DNA of 59,332 nt, filler included, from Sphacelaria rigidula (taxonomy: Eukaryota): the NCBI GenBank assembly GCA_964200075.2. It is 5 parts of 5 records of this genome, joined end to end, with 100 filler letters (N's around TTAATTAATTAA, not from the genome) between each part and the next. Parts side by side here need not be neighbours in the genome. Positions count along the whole stretch, not along the records: positions 11,889 to 23,675 come from CAXNAA020004501.1; 4 more parts are not named here. One strand, written 5' to 3'. Numbering within the stretch: the stretch's first letter is position 1; every line of letters starts with the position of its first letter. The position numbers and the translations under genes are program-made. The notes below the pieces were generated by a model. That model was not told where the DNA came from. It saw only the letters and a program-made list of their open reading frames with translations, and made no database searches. Positions 12,340 to 23,775 of the stretch are shown piece after piece.

Positions 12340-13392
12340 CTATGTCTTGTATGCACGCGTGCGTCATCGGGGCGCTATGCCCAAGTTGAGGGCCACGTGG
12401 ACTGGTCCGTGGAGAGTGATGGGTGCTCACCACCCGCACGTGTTTGAGATCTCGAACATTGTATCGGGTCGTGTTCAGACCACCCATGTAGCTCGTTTGC
12501 GTTTTTATGCAGACTCGCCGCTTAATGTTACGGCTGACGTTAAGGGCATGTTTTCAGCACGCTTTCATTCAGGGCCAATTTCAAATGGCCAGTATTGTAC
12601 GAGTGACAGAAGCAGGCGATCGTTCGTTCATCGTGTTGGTCGACTGGGTTGGTTTCGAAGTCGAGGAGCGTACATGGGAAACAATGCTTTCGTGAGATTG
12701 AGGGTAGAGGATACGATTGAGAGTGAAAAGCGGTCAATGAGTGAATGAATCGTTTCAGTTCCGAAATGACCCTCCACGAGGTCCGACATGCTTCCTGTAG
12801 TAGCTTGCCACTGAGGCCATTAATATCCCTAAGTAGGATATGGACGTGTAGCTGTACGCACACGCTAGTGACGTGGGCAAAGAAAAGCACACCCGGAATA
12901 AAAAAATGACCAAGTTAGAGCGAATGATCAAAGCCACTGTCAATCAGCGCTCTACTCTCAATCTCACGAAAACGTTGTTGGGGGCCTCTTGAGGATATAT
13001 TTGAGGCCACTCTGGAATTTCTCACGAAGGAGTTTCGGATATTACGCTTGGCTCGTGCGGGTTTTGCTCGCATTACGCACGAGTTTGGTATTCAGTTGTG
13101 ACTTGCTCATAGTTGTGGTTTTTCCTAAGTGTCAAGCTTGTCGCTCGATCTTCGTTCAACGCGCTTTGGGGGTGCTGTGACGAAACTAGGCCGTTACGTT
13201 GAGTTGGTAGTGATGATCTGGATAGTGACCAGGTACACGGGGATGATATCCTGGTGTGCTTAGGAGGCTGCGCCTGGAACGGCACTCCTGATAAGAGATG
13301 TTGTATGGGCTGACAACTGAAACTGAGGCCAGTACAACTGAGGAGCCCTCGACAGCAGTGATCGACCAGTTCTTCTTCTGGCTGGCGTCACA
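12340..13392 (+). mobile_element. 3' relic of a chromodomain Ty3/Gypsy element (integrase C-terminus/chromodomain, PPT, LTR at 13176-13392), same family as 29005-34936
   Basis: YVLYAR...KLRATWTGPWRV...HVARLRFYADS...VLVDWVGFEVEERTWE (frameshifted); TTTGGGGGTGC then an LTR TGTGACGAAA...CTGGCGTCACA. Confidence 0.85.
12680..12979. mobile_element. 300-bp MITE with AAC termini, copy 1 (inside the Gypsy relic)
   Basis: ~29-bp TIR AACAA(T/C)G(C/T)TTTCGTGAGATTGAG; flanks GGGA/GGGG. Confidence 0.85.
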
Positions 13393-13641
13393 CGGCGCGG
13401 AGTGGACAACGTGCTCCACCGACTCTCTGCGTGCTAAGTGAACGGATGAAGCGACTGTGGGATCATTCCCAGGTCGTTTAGTCGAGGATAACCTTGCAGT
13501 GTATCGTGTGGTGGCTATGATTTCCAAAATTAGAACTGTGTGGTGTGTGAGAGTTATCTATTCTGGACGCCAGTCTAGTATATGTGGGCGCATGAGCCGG
13601 GTTGCAGTCCGCTGTTTCACTATGATGGCTCTGATGCTCCG

Positions 13642-13941
13642 ACCAATGTTTTCGTGAGACTGAGAGTAGGGGATACGACTGAGAGTGAAAAGCCCTCAAT
13701 AAGTGAACGAATCGTTTCAGTTCCGAGATGCCCCATTCACGCGGCCCAATATGCTTTCTGTAGTAACTTGCCACTGAGGCCCTTGATATCCTTGAGTAGG
13801 ATATCGACGTGTAGCTGTAAGCACACGCCAGTGGTAAAGGCAAAAAAAAAAACACAAAAACTCAAAATGGGCTGAGTTAAAGCGAATGATCCCAGCCACT
13901 CTCAATTAGCGCTCTACTCTCAATCTCACGAAAACGCTGTT
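13642..13941. mobile_element. 300-bp MITE with AAC termini, copy 2
   Basis: Same TIRs (left end reads ACCAATG) and same body; 4-bp TSD TCCG/TCCG. Confidence 0.88.
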
Positions 13942-14389
13942 TCCGGTGCTGCTCCGATGACTGCACATGAAACATGTATTTGTGATATCCCGTTTTTGAA
14001 GCCAATCCGGAGGCAAGCATCCGGCAGCAAGATTACAAAGCGGTCGACAGCAGCGCACTACGCTTTTTCGTCACAATGTTGTGGATATAGCATTTGGGTA
14101 CCAGCGCGTGAAAACGGCTGTATGGGTGCAGTACGTCGTATCGATCGGCAGACGACGGGGTTTTAGGTTCCGTGGGCAGACACGGAACTTGACCGTTTGA
14201 CACTGATCAGCTGTCTACCTGCTTCCGCGGGACGATAGAAACGAGTACAGTCCTCTCCTCTTCAGTCCAAGCGTCGAGTGTAAATTACTCTTCCGAAAAG
14301 GATCGTTCCGATTCGGACGAAGTATGGGCCCAAAGCGGACACGACGTACTTGATTCATGTATGGAGCGGCGAGACATGAAGGCTAATGA

Positions 14390-17300
14390 TGTCATCATGA
14401 TGGTGTAGCTAATGCACTGGCTGAGGTCTCTCAGTACGACTCTCAGTACGAGTACCAGGAGATACCACTGGTTCCAGCTGAACAAGCTCTCACGTGGGCA
14501 CCCCGTACGACCTATAGCTATCCATCATGAGCAATCACAGAGTAGGTTCATTTATGTGTAGAGTACTGGTGAGGAGCTCACGTGTTTCATAGCATCATGT
14601 CATATCTACAAGCAGCTCTCTTACGCAGCACAGCCGCGGCGCAGCCATAGGAGCAGAGCGCAGTGATGGCCCCGAGTAGACCAAGCAAGCCAGTATCTGA
14701 TCGAGGTGGGTCCTGGCCGCGGCCGGACAGTCCTAACTAATGACAGGAGTAAACGCAGTAACAACGCGTCACGGAATCCAGGGTCGGCGAGCAGACTCGC
14801 AAATCGTGATATGTTACTGCCACTAACCTTCACCACACTAGCCATCCTACACGAGTCCTTATGCACTTGAATCATCATCACCTCGGCAGAATATAATTGC
14901 ACCGAATAACTTGAAAATTGAACGAGAAATGGCTCTTCTACACTACACCTGTACAAAAGCATGAAGCGAATAAAGCATGACTAGATACTCTCCCACACCT
15001 CTCATTGGCGAGCATCGCTGCGATCCGACACATTAAACTTGTAATCCACACAACGGAACAAGGAGAGAATGTCAGATAATCCGGGAAGAGGGGAGGGAAA
15101 ACGCGGTGGCGACATAGTAGAGCTATCGCGGCAACTGCTCTGGTCGCACGTATATCCAAGTGAGCTCCACGTCTTTGTCCGACTCCGTCCCGACACACCC
15201 GTCGCATATAGCGAGAGTGGCACCCCGCTCGTTTCCGTGGCAGGGCGTTTGAAGTATCAAACCTGCCTTGAAAAAGGCGTGCAACTTGAAGTACAATGCG
15301 ATGGGGGGGGGGAATTAAGCAGCAACAGGGAGATGAAAGCAGGGAACACTGAGCCACAGGACAGGGATAGAAGCTGAAGTTTGGCACCACAGCAAGAGTA
15401 GCCACCGCTTACCAGTACCGGTGTTACTGGGCACGGGCTATGCATCGAAACAGTGGTGAAGGTTGTTGGTAACGTGGGGTAATATAGCAAATGTGTTGCA
15501 AGGGCAGGGAGCAGTAATTTTGAGGTCCGCTAACCCCAGTAGCAGTAAGATACCTTAGATGAAATTTCTAGGGTCAGCGGTAATCCCTAGTGTTCTCCGC
15601 ACAAAGGATAAGTTAATAACGGTATGGGTCCCGGTGGTCCATGGATTACCATATGTTTTATTCCGGCACGAGATTCTTCAGGAAAACAAGAGCACGTTAT
15701 TTTTTTAAGTGCGATCGAGATTTCGGCCTTCGCCGGAGGCGCCGTGAGTCCGGTTCGTGTTCAACAGTCCCCCAAAACCCGGAGCTGTTGACATCGACCA
15801 CCTCCCCAGCCAAGTAGATTCGGCAACTTTGAACCTGTTGCGTGCGGTTAAGCCAAGCGCGCTTGGTGCTACTCGACCGTAAGGTTGTCTGGTCGGAGCG
15901 AACTGGCAGCATCGAATGAGGTGTGGAAATGCCTTGGAGTGGCGTGGGAGAACGACACTACGCTGCAGTGGCTGCTGCATCCAACGGAAGACGTGAGCTC
16001 AGGAGGTTAAGCATCACGTTCGATTTCCGTCAGCCGTAGATCGTATCAAGTATGAGGATGGGGATAGGGGAAACAATATGCGGTGAATGGGCAGGATACC
16101 GGAACAGTTTTGGGGTTTGATTGATGGAGAAAAGGGATCGTTTCTGTACGGTGTTTAGATTCTCTACGTGGTCTAACCCGGCAGAGCGGTCAACAAGACC
16201 AAGGACTTCGCCGAAGTGGATGGGATCGTTTGTGTAAGGTGTTTACATTCTCTACGTGGTGTATGGAACCACGTGTGTGTAAGGTGTTTACATTCTCTAC
16301 GTGGTCTAACCCGGCAGAGCGGTCAACAAGATCAAGGAACTCCCCCCGGGCGGGATGGAATCGTTTTTCCGCGGTGTTGAAATGCCGTACGCGGTCTAAC
16401 CCGGCAGAACGGTTATCAAGATCGACGACTACACCAAGACGCCGAGTACTCGGGAAGAGGGACATGGTAACGCGGCGATCCATCGTGTGAACCACCTTCA
16501 GGCCCAGGGTTCAACAACCCTAGGACTGAGGGGGGGTGTTACGGATCGCGGCGTGGCGTGGTGGACAAGGGTAGGGGACGTGGGTTTCAAAATGACACTA
16601 CGCCCGGAGGGCTGATTGCGGGAACTGGCTAGTACCACAATCAGGGGTGAAGGTGATGTAATCCGCCAAGAGACGGAATACATAAACATGCCTCTTTACA
16701 TCTGGTTGGATTCGGTTTTTTCCTAGGATCGATTCGATCAGCTGTAACCCTCGTGTTTCAGTTCTTTTGAAGTGCAGAACTTCTGGGAAGTGCCAAGTCA
16801 ACACCAAAAAAAAAAGAGAAATCGAATCGGCCTCAAGCTGTGATCGAGAATATCCTGACGTTTGTCGTGTATCGTTTTGCGTTGGATTTTTCCACGTGCT
16901 GTGAGCTTATGATTGTTTCAAGAATAACGGTGAGACTGTGAAGATGTTTGATTCAAGTAGTGAGCAGATGCATGAAGGTCGACAAAATAGTAAAAACGAA
17001 CCGTGTGCCAAATGGAAAGGTAGAATGTGTATCCATTTCGGAAGAGTGAGTCGTATTTGCATCAGCTAGCGGGACATCTTACTTTGCGTGACCGAAATGT
17101 TTTTGTTGCTTCGCTCTAGTACCCGGCTTGCACAGTAGAGATACGCCTGTGGACAACAACTATGGCCAAAATTATTCTGTTTGTAACATCTCCCCTACGA
17201 GACATAATGTTCAAGCTCGAGTATTATTTTCACAGTACAGAAAACGATTATACTTTGCACTTATGAAGGGGGACATGATGCGCTAGAAAACCCTGCGCGG

Positions 17301-19018
17301 TTACGGAGCCATTTTTCTCTCCTTCACAAGGGGCGGGGACCACCTGATACTTCAAGGGAACGCTCAATCGGGCCGGACTGAAGTGATGTCAAACATCGTG
17401 CGGTGGTCACGCAAAACTTGTGGGCTTCCATCCGAGGGCAACTTTTGTCGCTTAAACCACAGTACTCCCGACTGGAGTCATCTGTAAATACAGGAAAAGG
17501 TCAATCAGACCTGACCGACGCGATGTGGGAAAACGTCGTGGGGGTGGTCACGCAAACTCGTGGGCTTACATCCGACCGCAAATTCTATCGCTAAAACCAC
17601 AATCCGTCAATTATCAAGCGAGTCCTGAAAACAGACTCGACTTGTAGTACCGTTGACGGAAAACAAAAACATACACCATGACAAGGAAACCGGTCAGGCG
17701 GCGTTGTCCCAGAATGGCGGAAATCAAATACGGTAGACTCGAATCAATTGTGCCAACATCAACAACGCGACGTCCGGTAATACATGCGTGTGCTGTCACA
17801 AGCGGAAGCTACAGTCTCCACGACTGACGGTTCGGCATCCCACACCTCACAACCATGCTGCGCGGTGGGGTACCGCAACACACAAAGGGCGCCCGGGGGG
17901 GAAGGGGGGGAGTTGCGCACCTAGTAATATCTGGGGTCCTCGCCGAGGTGCAGCGGGGGGGGCGATTCAATTCGGCACAAGGGAAATCAACCATATGCTA
18001 CTACAGCATAAGCCGTCAAAACCAGCTATCAAGTACCACCAATGTAATAGTGGTCGGCGGGCACACAGTTTGCACGTGGCACAGTGGCGTGTGCGATACC
18101 CGGTCCGAAGGCAGAGTGAACAAACTGGAGTGAGACAGAGTAACGGTTAGCTACATACACAAGGCGGAAGCTGAACACACTTCCGGCCAGATCGACGCGT
18201 AATCGGGAAACCAACAATATGCGTCACCATGGCACTTACGTGGATGTAAACGAGGGGGAACAAGACCAAAGGGCAGCTACAGCAAATCGCTCAGCAGCTA
18301 CAAGCAGTGTACCAACGGGGGGGCAGATGCGTATTACTAATACGCGAAGCGGGGGCAACGTACGGCAGTCTCTACTACCATCGTAAAATGCAACCGAACA
18401 TAGAGTAAGCTGAAGCCCATAACAATCAAAATAGCACAGGGGCGCCTCACTAAATACACGTGAACAAACGCAGAAAAATAAAAGGCGAGTTACTGACTAC
18501 AGTTGGAGCAGAAAAACACAACGCCAGTCAACACAAAGACCTGCTGACCAAGCAGAACAGGGTCCGTTTATCGAGGCCAATTGTCATAATGATGGTGTAG
18601 CTAATGCACTGGCTGAGGTCTCTCAAAACGAGTACTAGGAGATACCACTGGTTCCATCTAACCAAGCTCTCACGTGGGCACCCCGTACGACCTATAGCTA
18701 TCCATCATGAGCAATCACAGAGTAGGTACATTCATGTGTAGGCTGCCGGTAAGGAGCTCACGTGTTTCATAGCATCATGTCATATCTACAAGCAGCTCTC
18801 TTACTCAGCACAGCCACGGCGCAGCCATAGGAGCAGAGCGTAGTGATGGCCCCGAGTAGACCAAGGCAAGCCAGTATCTGATCAAGGTGGGTCCAGGCCG
18901 CGGCCGGACAGTCCTAACTAATGACGATAGCAAACGCAGTAACAACGCGTCACGGAATCCAGGGTTGACGAGCAGACCCGCACATCGTGATATGTTACTG
19001 CCTCCAAGCTTCATCACA
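14390..19018 (-). mobile_element. LTR retroelement, apparently non-autonomous; LTRs at 14390-14837 and 18582-19018
   Basis: Two direct ~440-bp TG...CA repeats, roughly 90-93% identical by eye; flanks AATGA/AATAA; on the minus strand a PBS-like TGGCCTCGATAAACGG 2 nt after the 5' LTR and GGATGGCTAG before the 3' LTR; no recognisable RT or integrase inside. Confidence 0.85.
16136..16425. repeat. Three degenerate ~88-bp tandem repeats plus a partial duplication, inside the LTR element
   Basis: Core CGTGGTCTAACCCGGCAGAGCGGTCAACAAGA recurs at ~16167, ~16300 and ~16390. Confidence 0.85.
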
Positions 19019-20142
19019 AATAATACATTTGACAATACATTTGATAACCCTCAGTAGAATGTCTGTTTTTTCGCGTTCCTCACATATTATGTTCGTGTTG
19101 GTGTAGATATCTTGCATGAATTTCGCTTTTGCTTAATTCATTTGATTCCCAAGTGCGACATTGACATTACGTAATTAATTAGTCGATTGGTTATTGGTTC
19201 AAGACAGCCTGCGGATTCCGCGTTTATTGTTGCGGTCATCAATATTGAGGAACACGGGATGTCATGTGGGTGGAGAAACCACCGATCGAGTGTGATGACG
19301 GGATATCCTACACCGCGATCGCGACGGTTCTCTCACGGACTTCACAGGCCGTTTTCTCGTCAGACGCCGCGTTTGAAAACCAAAGCTAGGCGTCCGTGCT
19401 GTGAAACCCCCACGATGTCTTCCGTTCCTCGACAAAATGACAACGCTCTCGCACGGTGCGCGTGGCGACGACTGACAGGGGGGATATGCAGAGCGCCAAC
19501 ACGGATAGCTCGACAACAGCGCCGGAGAAAATAATTATATCGTGCTGGCGCACATCGTCTCTCTTGTGGCCCGCGACACAATTGGCCGCTTCCTGCCGAC
19601 GGCGGTGTCGAATTCTGTTATCAGGAGAATGGGTGCCGAGCAACGGCTTGTTCAACCTTGCCGATTTATCTCAGTGATCAGGGCAGCAACACTGGGACCT
19701 TCGCCGACGCTCGCTTGACAGTGGGTAAAATGATCGTCCTCGCTTCGAAGTGCAGTGCGTGAAGTATTTTTTAGGAAAGAAAGGCACGATAGGTTCATGC
19801 GCCCGTGTGAGGGATATGGATATGTTGTGATTCACGGTGCGTCTACATGTGCGAGGAGGATTGCTCATGAGGATGGCGGGAAGTCATGTGAAGACATCAC
19901 GTGGAATCGAAACAGATGACATCGACTCAGGGCGAGCAAAAACGACAGAACAAATGACAGCAGTACATGATTATCTTTATTTTGCCGTCGCTGTCGAGTG
20001 ATCGTTGACGGTCCATCATGTATGTTGAAACCGGCGTGAAGGACTCCACGAACACCTCCAGTCCTTTTTTTCGTGTCACGTTCCTTGCAATGGTGAATAA
20101 CTCAACTGCAACAAATCTACCCTCAGCCATTACTGTGGGTGA

Positions 20143-20452
20143 AACAACGTTTTCGTGAGATTGAGAATAGACGATACGATTGAGAGTGACAAGCGGTCAG
20201 TTAGTGAATGAATAGTTTCAGTTCCGAAATGCTCCTGAACGAGGCCCAATATGCTTTCTGTAGTAGCTCGCCACTGAGGCCCACTGAGGCCCTCGATATC
20301 TCGGAGTCGGATATCGACGTGTAGCTGTAAGCACACGCTGGTGATAGAGGCAAAGCGAATCGCACACAGAATGAAAAAATGGCTAAGTTAAAGCGAATGA
20401 TCAAAGCCCCTCTCAATCAGCGCTCTACTCTCAATCTCACGGAAACGTTGTT
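20143..20452. mobile_element. 300-bp MITE with AAC termini, copy 3
   Basis: Same TIRs and body; 4-bp TSD GTGA/GTGA. Confidence 0.88.
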
Positions 20453-20884
20453 GTGAGTGTTCACGACGAGGGGGTCGGCACACCAGACCCCGACATTGTT
20501 AGTGAGGGACCGGCTTCGAGACAGAGAGTCGCGGGAAGAACCATCGGGTCCCAGCTATACTGAACAAGTAGATATTTGATCCTCGTTTTCTTGAAAACAA
20601 ATTTCGACGCCGCCGGCAGAAAGCTAAGGGCAGTCAAAAAACGCCACGTAGACCATAGGCGACCAAGCCATCGACACTTGTTTCCCCTCCCCGAAAATGC
20701 TGGGGGGCGCTTGCGGACGATACTTCTGTTGGCTTTTTGACGCATACCGGCTAGTCAAGAAAAAACTCATTTTGTGGAATACCCTGTTTACTGGCGGTGG
20801 CATTCCAGCTCCGCACTCTTGCCGTTCGGTACAAGCATCGCACCCTGTTATGTCGGAAAAAAACAAAACGGTTGTACCAGGGCA

Positions 20885-21124
20885 ATGCTACGATAGGGGT
20901 TGCACTTTGTTTTGGGGTGTCGTTTTTGTAGGAGCCAAAATACATGGGGCTTACTGTGCAACCCAAATCTCCGGGGACAGGACATGGAGATGCACACAGG
21001 GGCCTTTTCGTGAATCGGCAATATTTTCAGTCTTTTCAAGTGAAAATGATGCCGATCCTCAAAATGATCCGTGAAACACTCCGGGAAGCCTTTTCGCTCA
21101 AAAATTGTAACCCCATCGTACCAT
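20885..21124. mobile_element. MITE with TIR ATG(C/G)TACGAT(A/-)GGGGTT
   Basis: ATGCTACGATAGGGGTTGCA...TGTAACCCCATCGTACCAT; TIR related to that of 6410-6656. Confidence 0.65.
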
Positions 21125-22050
21125 CACTCACCATCAGCAAAATGGCTGTTTTTCTTCCCTCGTGTAACTTCTCCCGTTCTGCGAATCGCATCTATAGCCA
21201 CGAGGCACCATATCACCTCCCCCTCGGTACACGCCCGACCTTTCGGTACCGTGAATGACATCAGCACTCCTACATGGTGTCGACTGTCATCAAAATCCCC
21301 TCTACTCACGTCCTCACCTTATCTATGACAGACCAGATACATGTGATGGAACGGATCCATCGGATTCAAACCCCAAAACCTCCGCATGCACCACTTGCGA
21401 ATTTATCAGCTGCACAATGGGGACGCGGTGGTGGAGTATGGATATAAATTCACCTTTCTGAACAGCGACCTGTCGAAAGTAGCAAAACCAAACGCAACAT
21501 GCTGAATGACCTCGAAAATACGAAAATACAACAATACAATATACCGCGCCGCGGAAACCGTCACCGAAGGTGATTAACCACCACAAAAACACCCACACAT
21601 CGGACAGATCATGAGCTACCTGAAAACACTGATCGAAGAGCACTCTCAGACCCGTCGGCCAAGAACACCAAATGCGTTGACAGAGCTGTCCCACGAGCCT
21701 CAGCGCTACTTTTACGCTACCTTGCGTGCTCGGAGCCGAACTCTTTACGCGGAAAACGTGAAGAAAAGAGGCGAATGAGCTAGCCCATGATCCAGAGCAG
21801 TACATCAATCAGAAGTAGTATTCAGGTAGCTCATAAGCTCTGCGACGCGTAGAAAAATGCACGAAAATGACGCAACATTTGCCTCCCTTAGCCATCGTCC
21901 AAACACAGGGGCATCATTCGATCTCGAAACAAACGGATATCTATCTCGAAGATTTGGACGAATTCAGGACCTGCGCACCACAAATACGGCGAAACAACGC
22001 TTTGCCGAACAATTGCCGGGAAACACACGTGCACGGATCCTCTCATGAAC

Positions 22051-23675
22051 CTACCTCGCTCGCCGGCGGGACAACGCCGCGGACACGTGAAGAGAGGGAA
22101 CACACACATCCGATTCCAACTTTATATCGGTTCCCTTTTCTTCAGACATCATAGAATCTCCCCTTTCTGCGTCAATTACCGGCTCCACCTGCGCCGTCCG
22201 GCGTAGCCGCTTTGTGCCCCTTCCATTGGTGATGGTATCATCACAGCTGGCGTTTCTGGTAGTGTTGCTGGAGCCGCCACGGCTGATGCCGTCGCAACTG
22301 CTGGATCGCGCAGTGACCGGTTCGCTAGTCCGCATCCCCTCGAAACCTCGCGCAGACGCGACACTCGTCTCCACTTTGGTTTTCATGCGCGTCTCTGCCT
22401 CACCTAACGGAACCCTATCTGCTGCCGCCACGCCAGGAGACTGCATCCAGGTGGCAGGTGAAATGGTCGCAGAGTTCGCACCCCGTCGCCCGACATGGAT
22501 GGCACGCGAGCTGCGACGAGAATCAACGTTACGACCACGATCGTGCGTATTGGAACTACGTCCCGATGGGTGATTGGATTTTCCACCCCTTCTGTGGATA
22601 GCGACACCAGTCTCTCCCACGGCCGGGTCATCGTTCAGGTAGATTTCTTCTCGGACACGTCCTGCGGCATCAGACGCCATGGTCAGGTCCCGTGCACCAG
22701 GGCGATGGTTGTTCCCTTGCTCCAGCACCCCGTTGGAACAACGCTGCGAGGCTTCCGCATTGCCGTTCATGAATACCATCCCTGCGCTGGCGTGTGTGGC
22801 GCAGAACTCAACTTTCATGCTACCAACCTTACCAAAAGTTGGCTGAGTGGAGCAACCCTCGTTGCCGCACCGTTTGTTTTTCATTCCGATCATACCCGCT
22901 CTGGCGTGTGCGGCGCAGAACTCCGCCTTCTTGCTACTGGCTGCACCGAATGACGCTTGTGTAAAGCAGCCCTCCTCGCCGCACCGCTTGCTCTTCACAT
23001 GGACCATCCCTGCTCGGGCGTGTGCGGCGCAGAACTCCGCCTTCCTGCTACTGGCTACACCGAACGACGGGTTTTTGGAGCAGCCTTCCTCGCCACATTG
23101 CTTGTTCACCACATCGACCATGCCCGCTCGGGCGTGTGTAGCGCAGAACTCCACCTTCCTGCTACCGGCTGCACCGAACGATGGTCGTTTGAAGCAGCCC
23201 TCCTCGCCGCACAGTTTGCTCCTCACATCGACCATTCCTGCTCGGGCGTGTGCAGCGCAGAACTCCACCTTCCTGCTACTGGCTACACCGAACGATGCTT
23301 GTGTGAAGCAGCCCTCCTCATCGCACCGCTTGCTTTTCACATGGACCATCCTCGCTCGGGCGTGTGCGGCGCAGAACTCCGCCTTCCTGCTACTGGCTAC
23401 ACCGAACGATGAGTATGTGGAGCAGCCCTCCTCGCCGCACCGCTTGCTCCACGCATCGACCATTCCTGCTCCAGCGTGTGCGGCGCAGAACTCCGCCTTC
23501 CTGCTACTGGCTGCACCGAACGATGGTCGTTTGAAGCAGCCCTCCTCGCCGCACCGCTTGCTTACCACATCGACCATGCCCGCTCGGGCGTGTGCGGCGC
23601 AGAACTCCGCCTTCCTGCTACTGGCTACACCGAACGATGGGTGTTTGGAGCAGCCCTCCTCGCCGCCCCGCTTGC
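22051..23675 (-). CDS. EsV-1-7-type cysteine-rich repeat protein (at least 8 x 38-aa C-x4-C-x16-C-x2-H repeats plus a disordered C-terminus); 5' end lost in the gap
   Basis: Frame is open from the contig edge to the TAG at 22051; repeat MVDVxSKRCGEEGCxxxxSFGxASSRKAEFCAAHARAG fits the EsV-1-7 motif known from brown algae and phaeoviruses; basic KRLRR near the C-terminus. Confidence 0.88.
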
Positions 23676-23775
23676 NNNNNNNNNNNNNNNNNNNNNNNNN
23701 NNNNNNNNNNNNNNNNNNNTTAATTAATTAANNNNNNNNNNNNNNNNNNNNNNNNNNNNNNNNNNNNNNNNNNNN
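23676..23775. other. Artificial scaffold spacer (contig 2/3 join)
   Basis: Same N44-TTAATTAATTAA-N44 structure. Confidence 0.97.

Noticed and set aside
16136-16425. CRISPR-like array (also considered for 22780-23675, 46544-46756 and 54300-55860)
   Set aside because: Units are degenerate tandem repeats without unique equal-length spacers; no cas genes; eukaryotic context
19187-21830. Possible exons between the LTR element and the EsV-1-7 gene
   Set aside because: Short ORFs without recognisable motifs; no phase-consistent exon chain could be built
22051-23675. Endogenous phaeovirus (provirus) insertion
   Set aside because: No NCLDV core genes and no gene-dense viral region; EsV-1-7 genes are a resident brown-algal family
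22847-23731. 294-aa plus-strand ORF and other frames over the EsV-1-7 repeats
   Set aside because: Antisense shadow of a GC-rich, stop-poor 114-bp coding repeat; it runs into the N spacer
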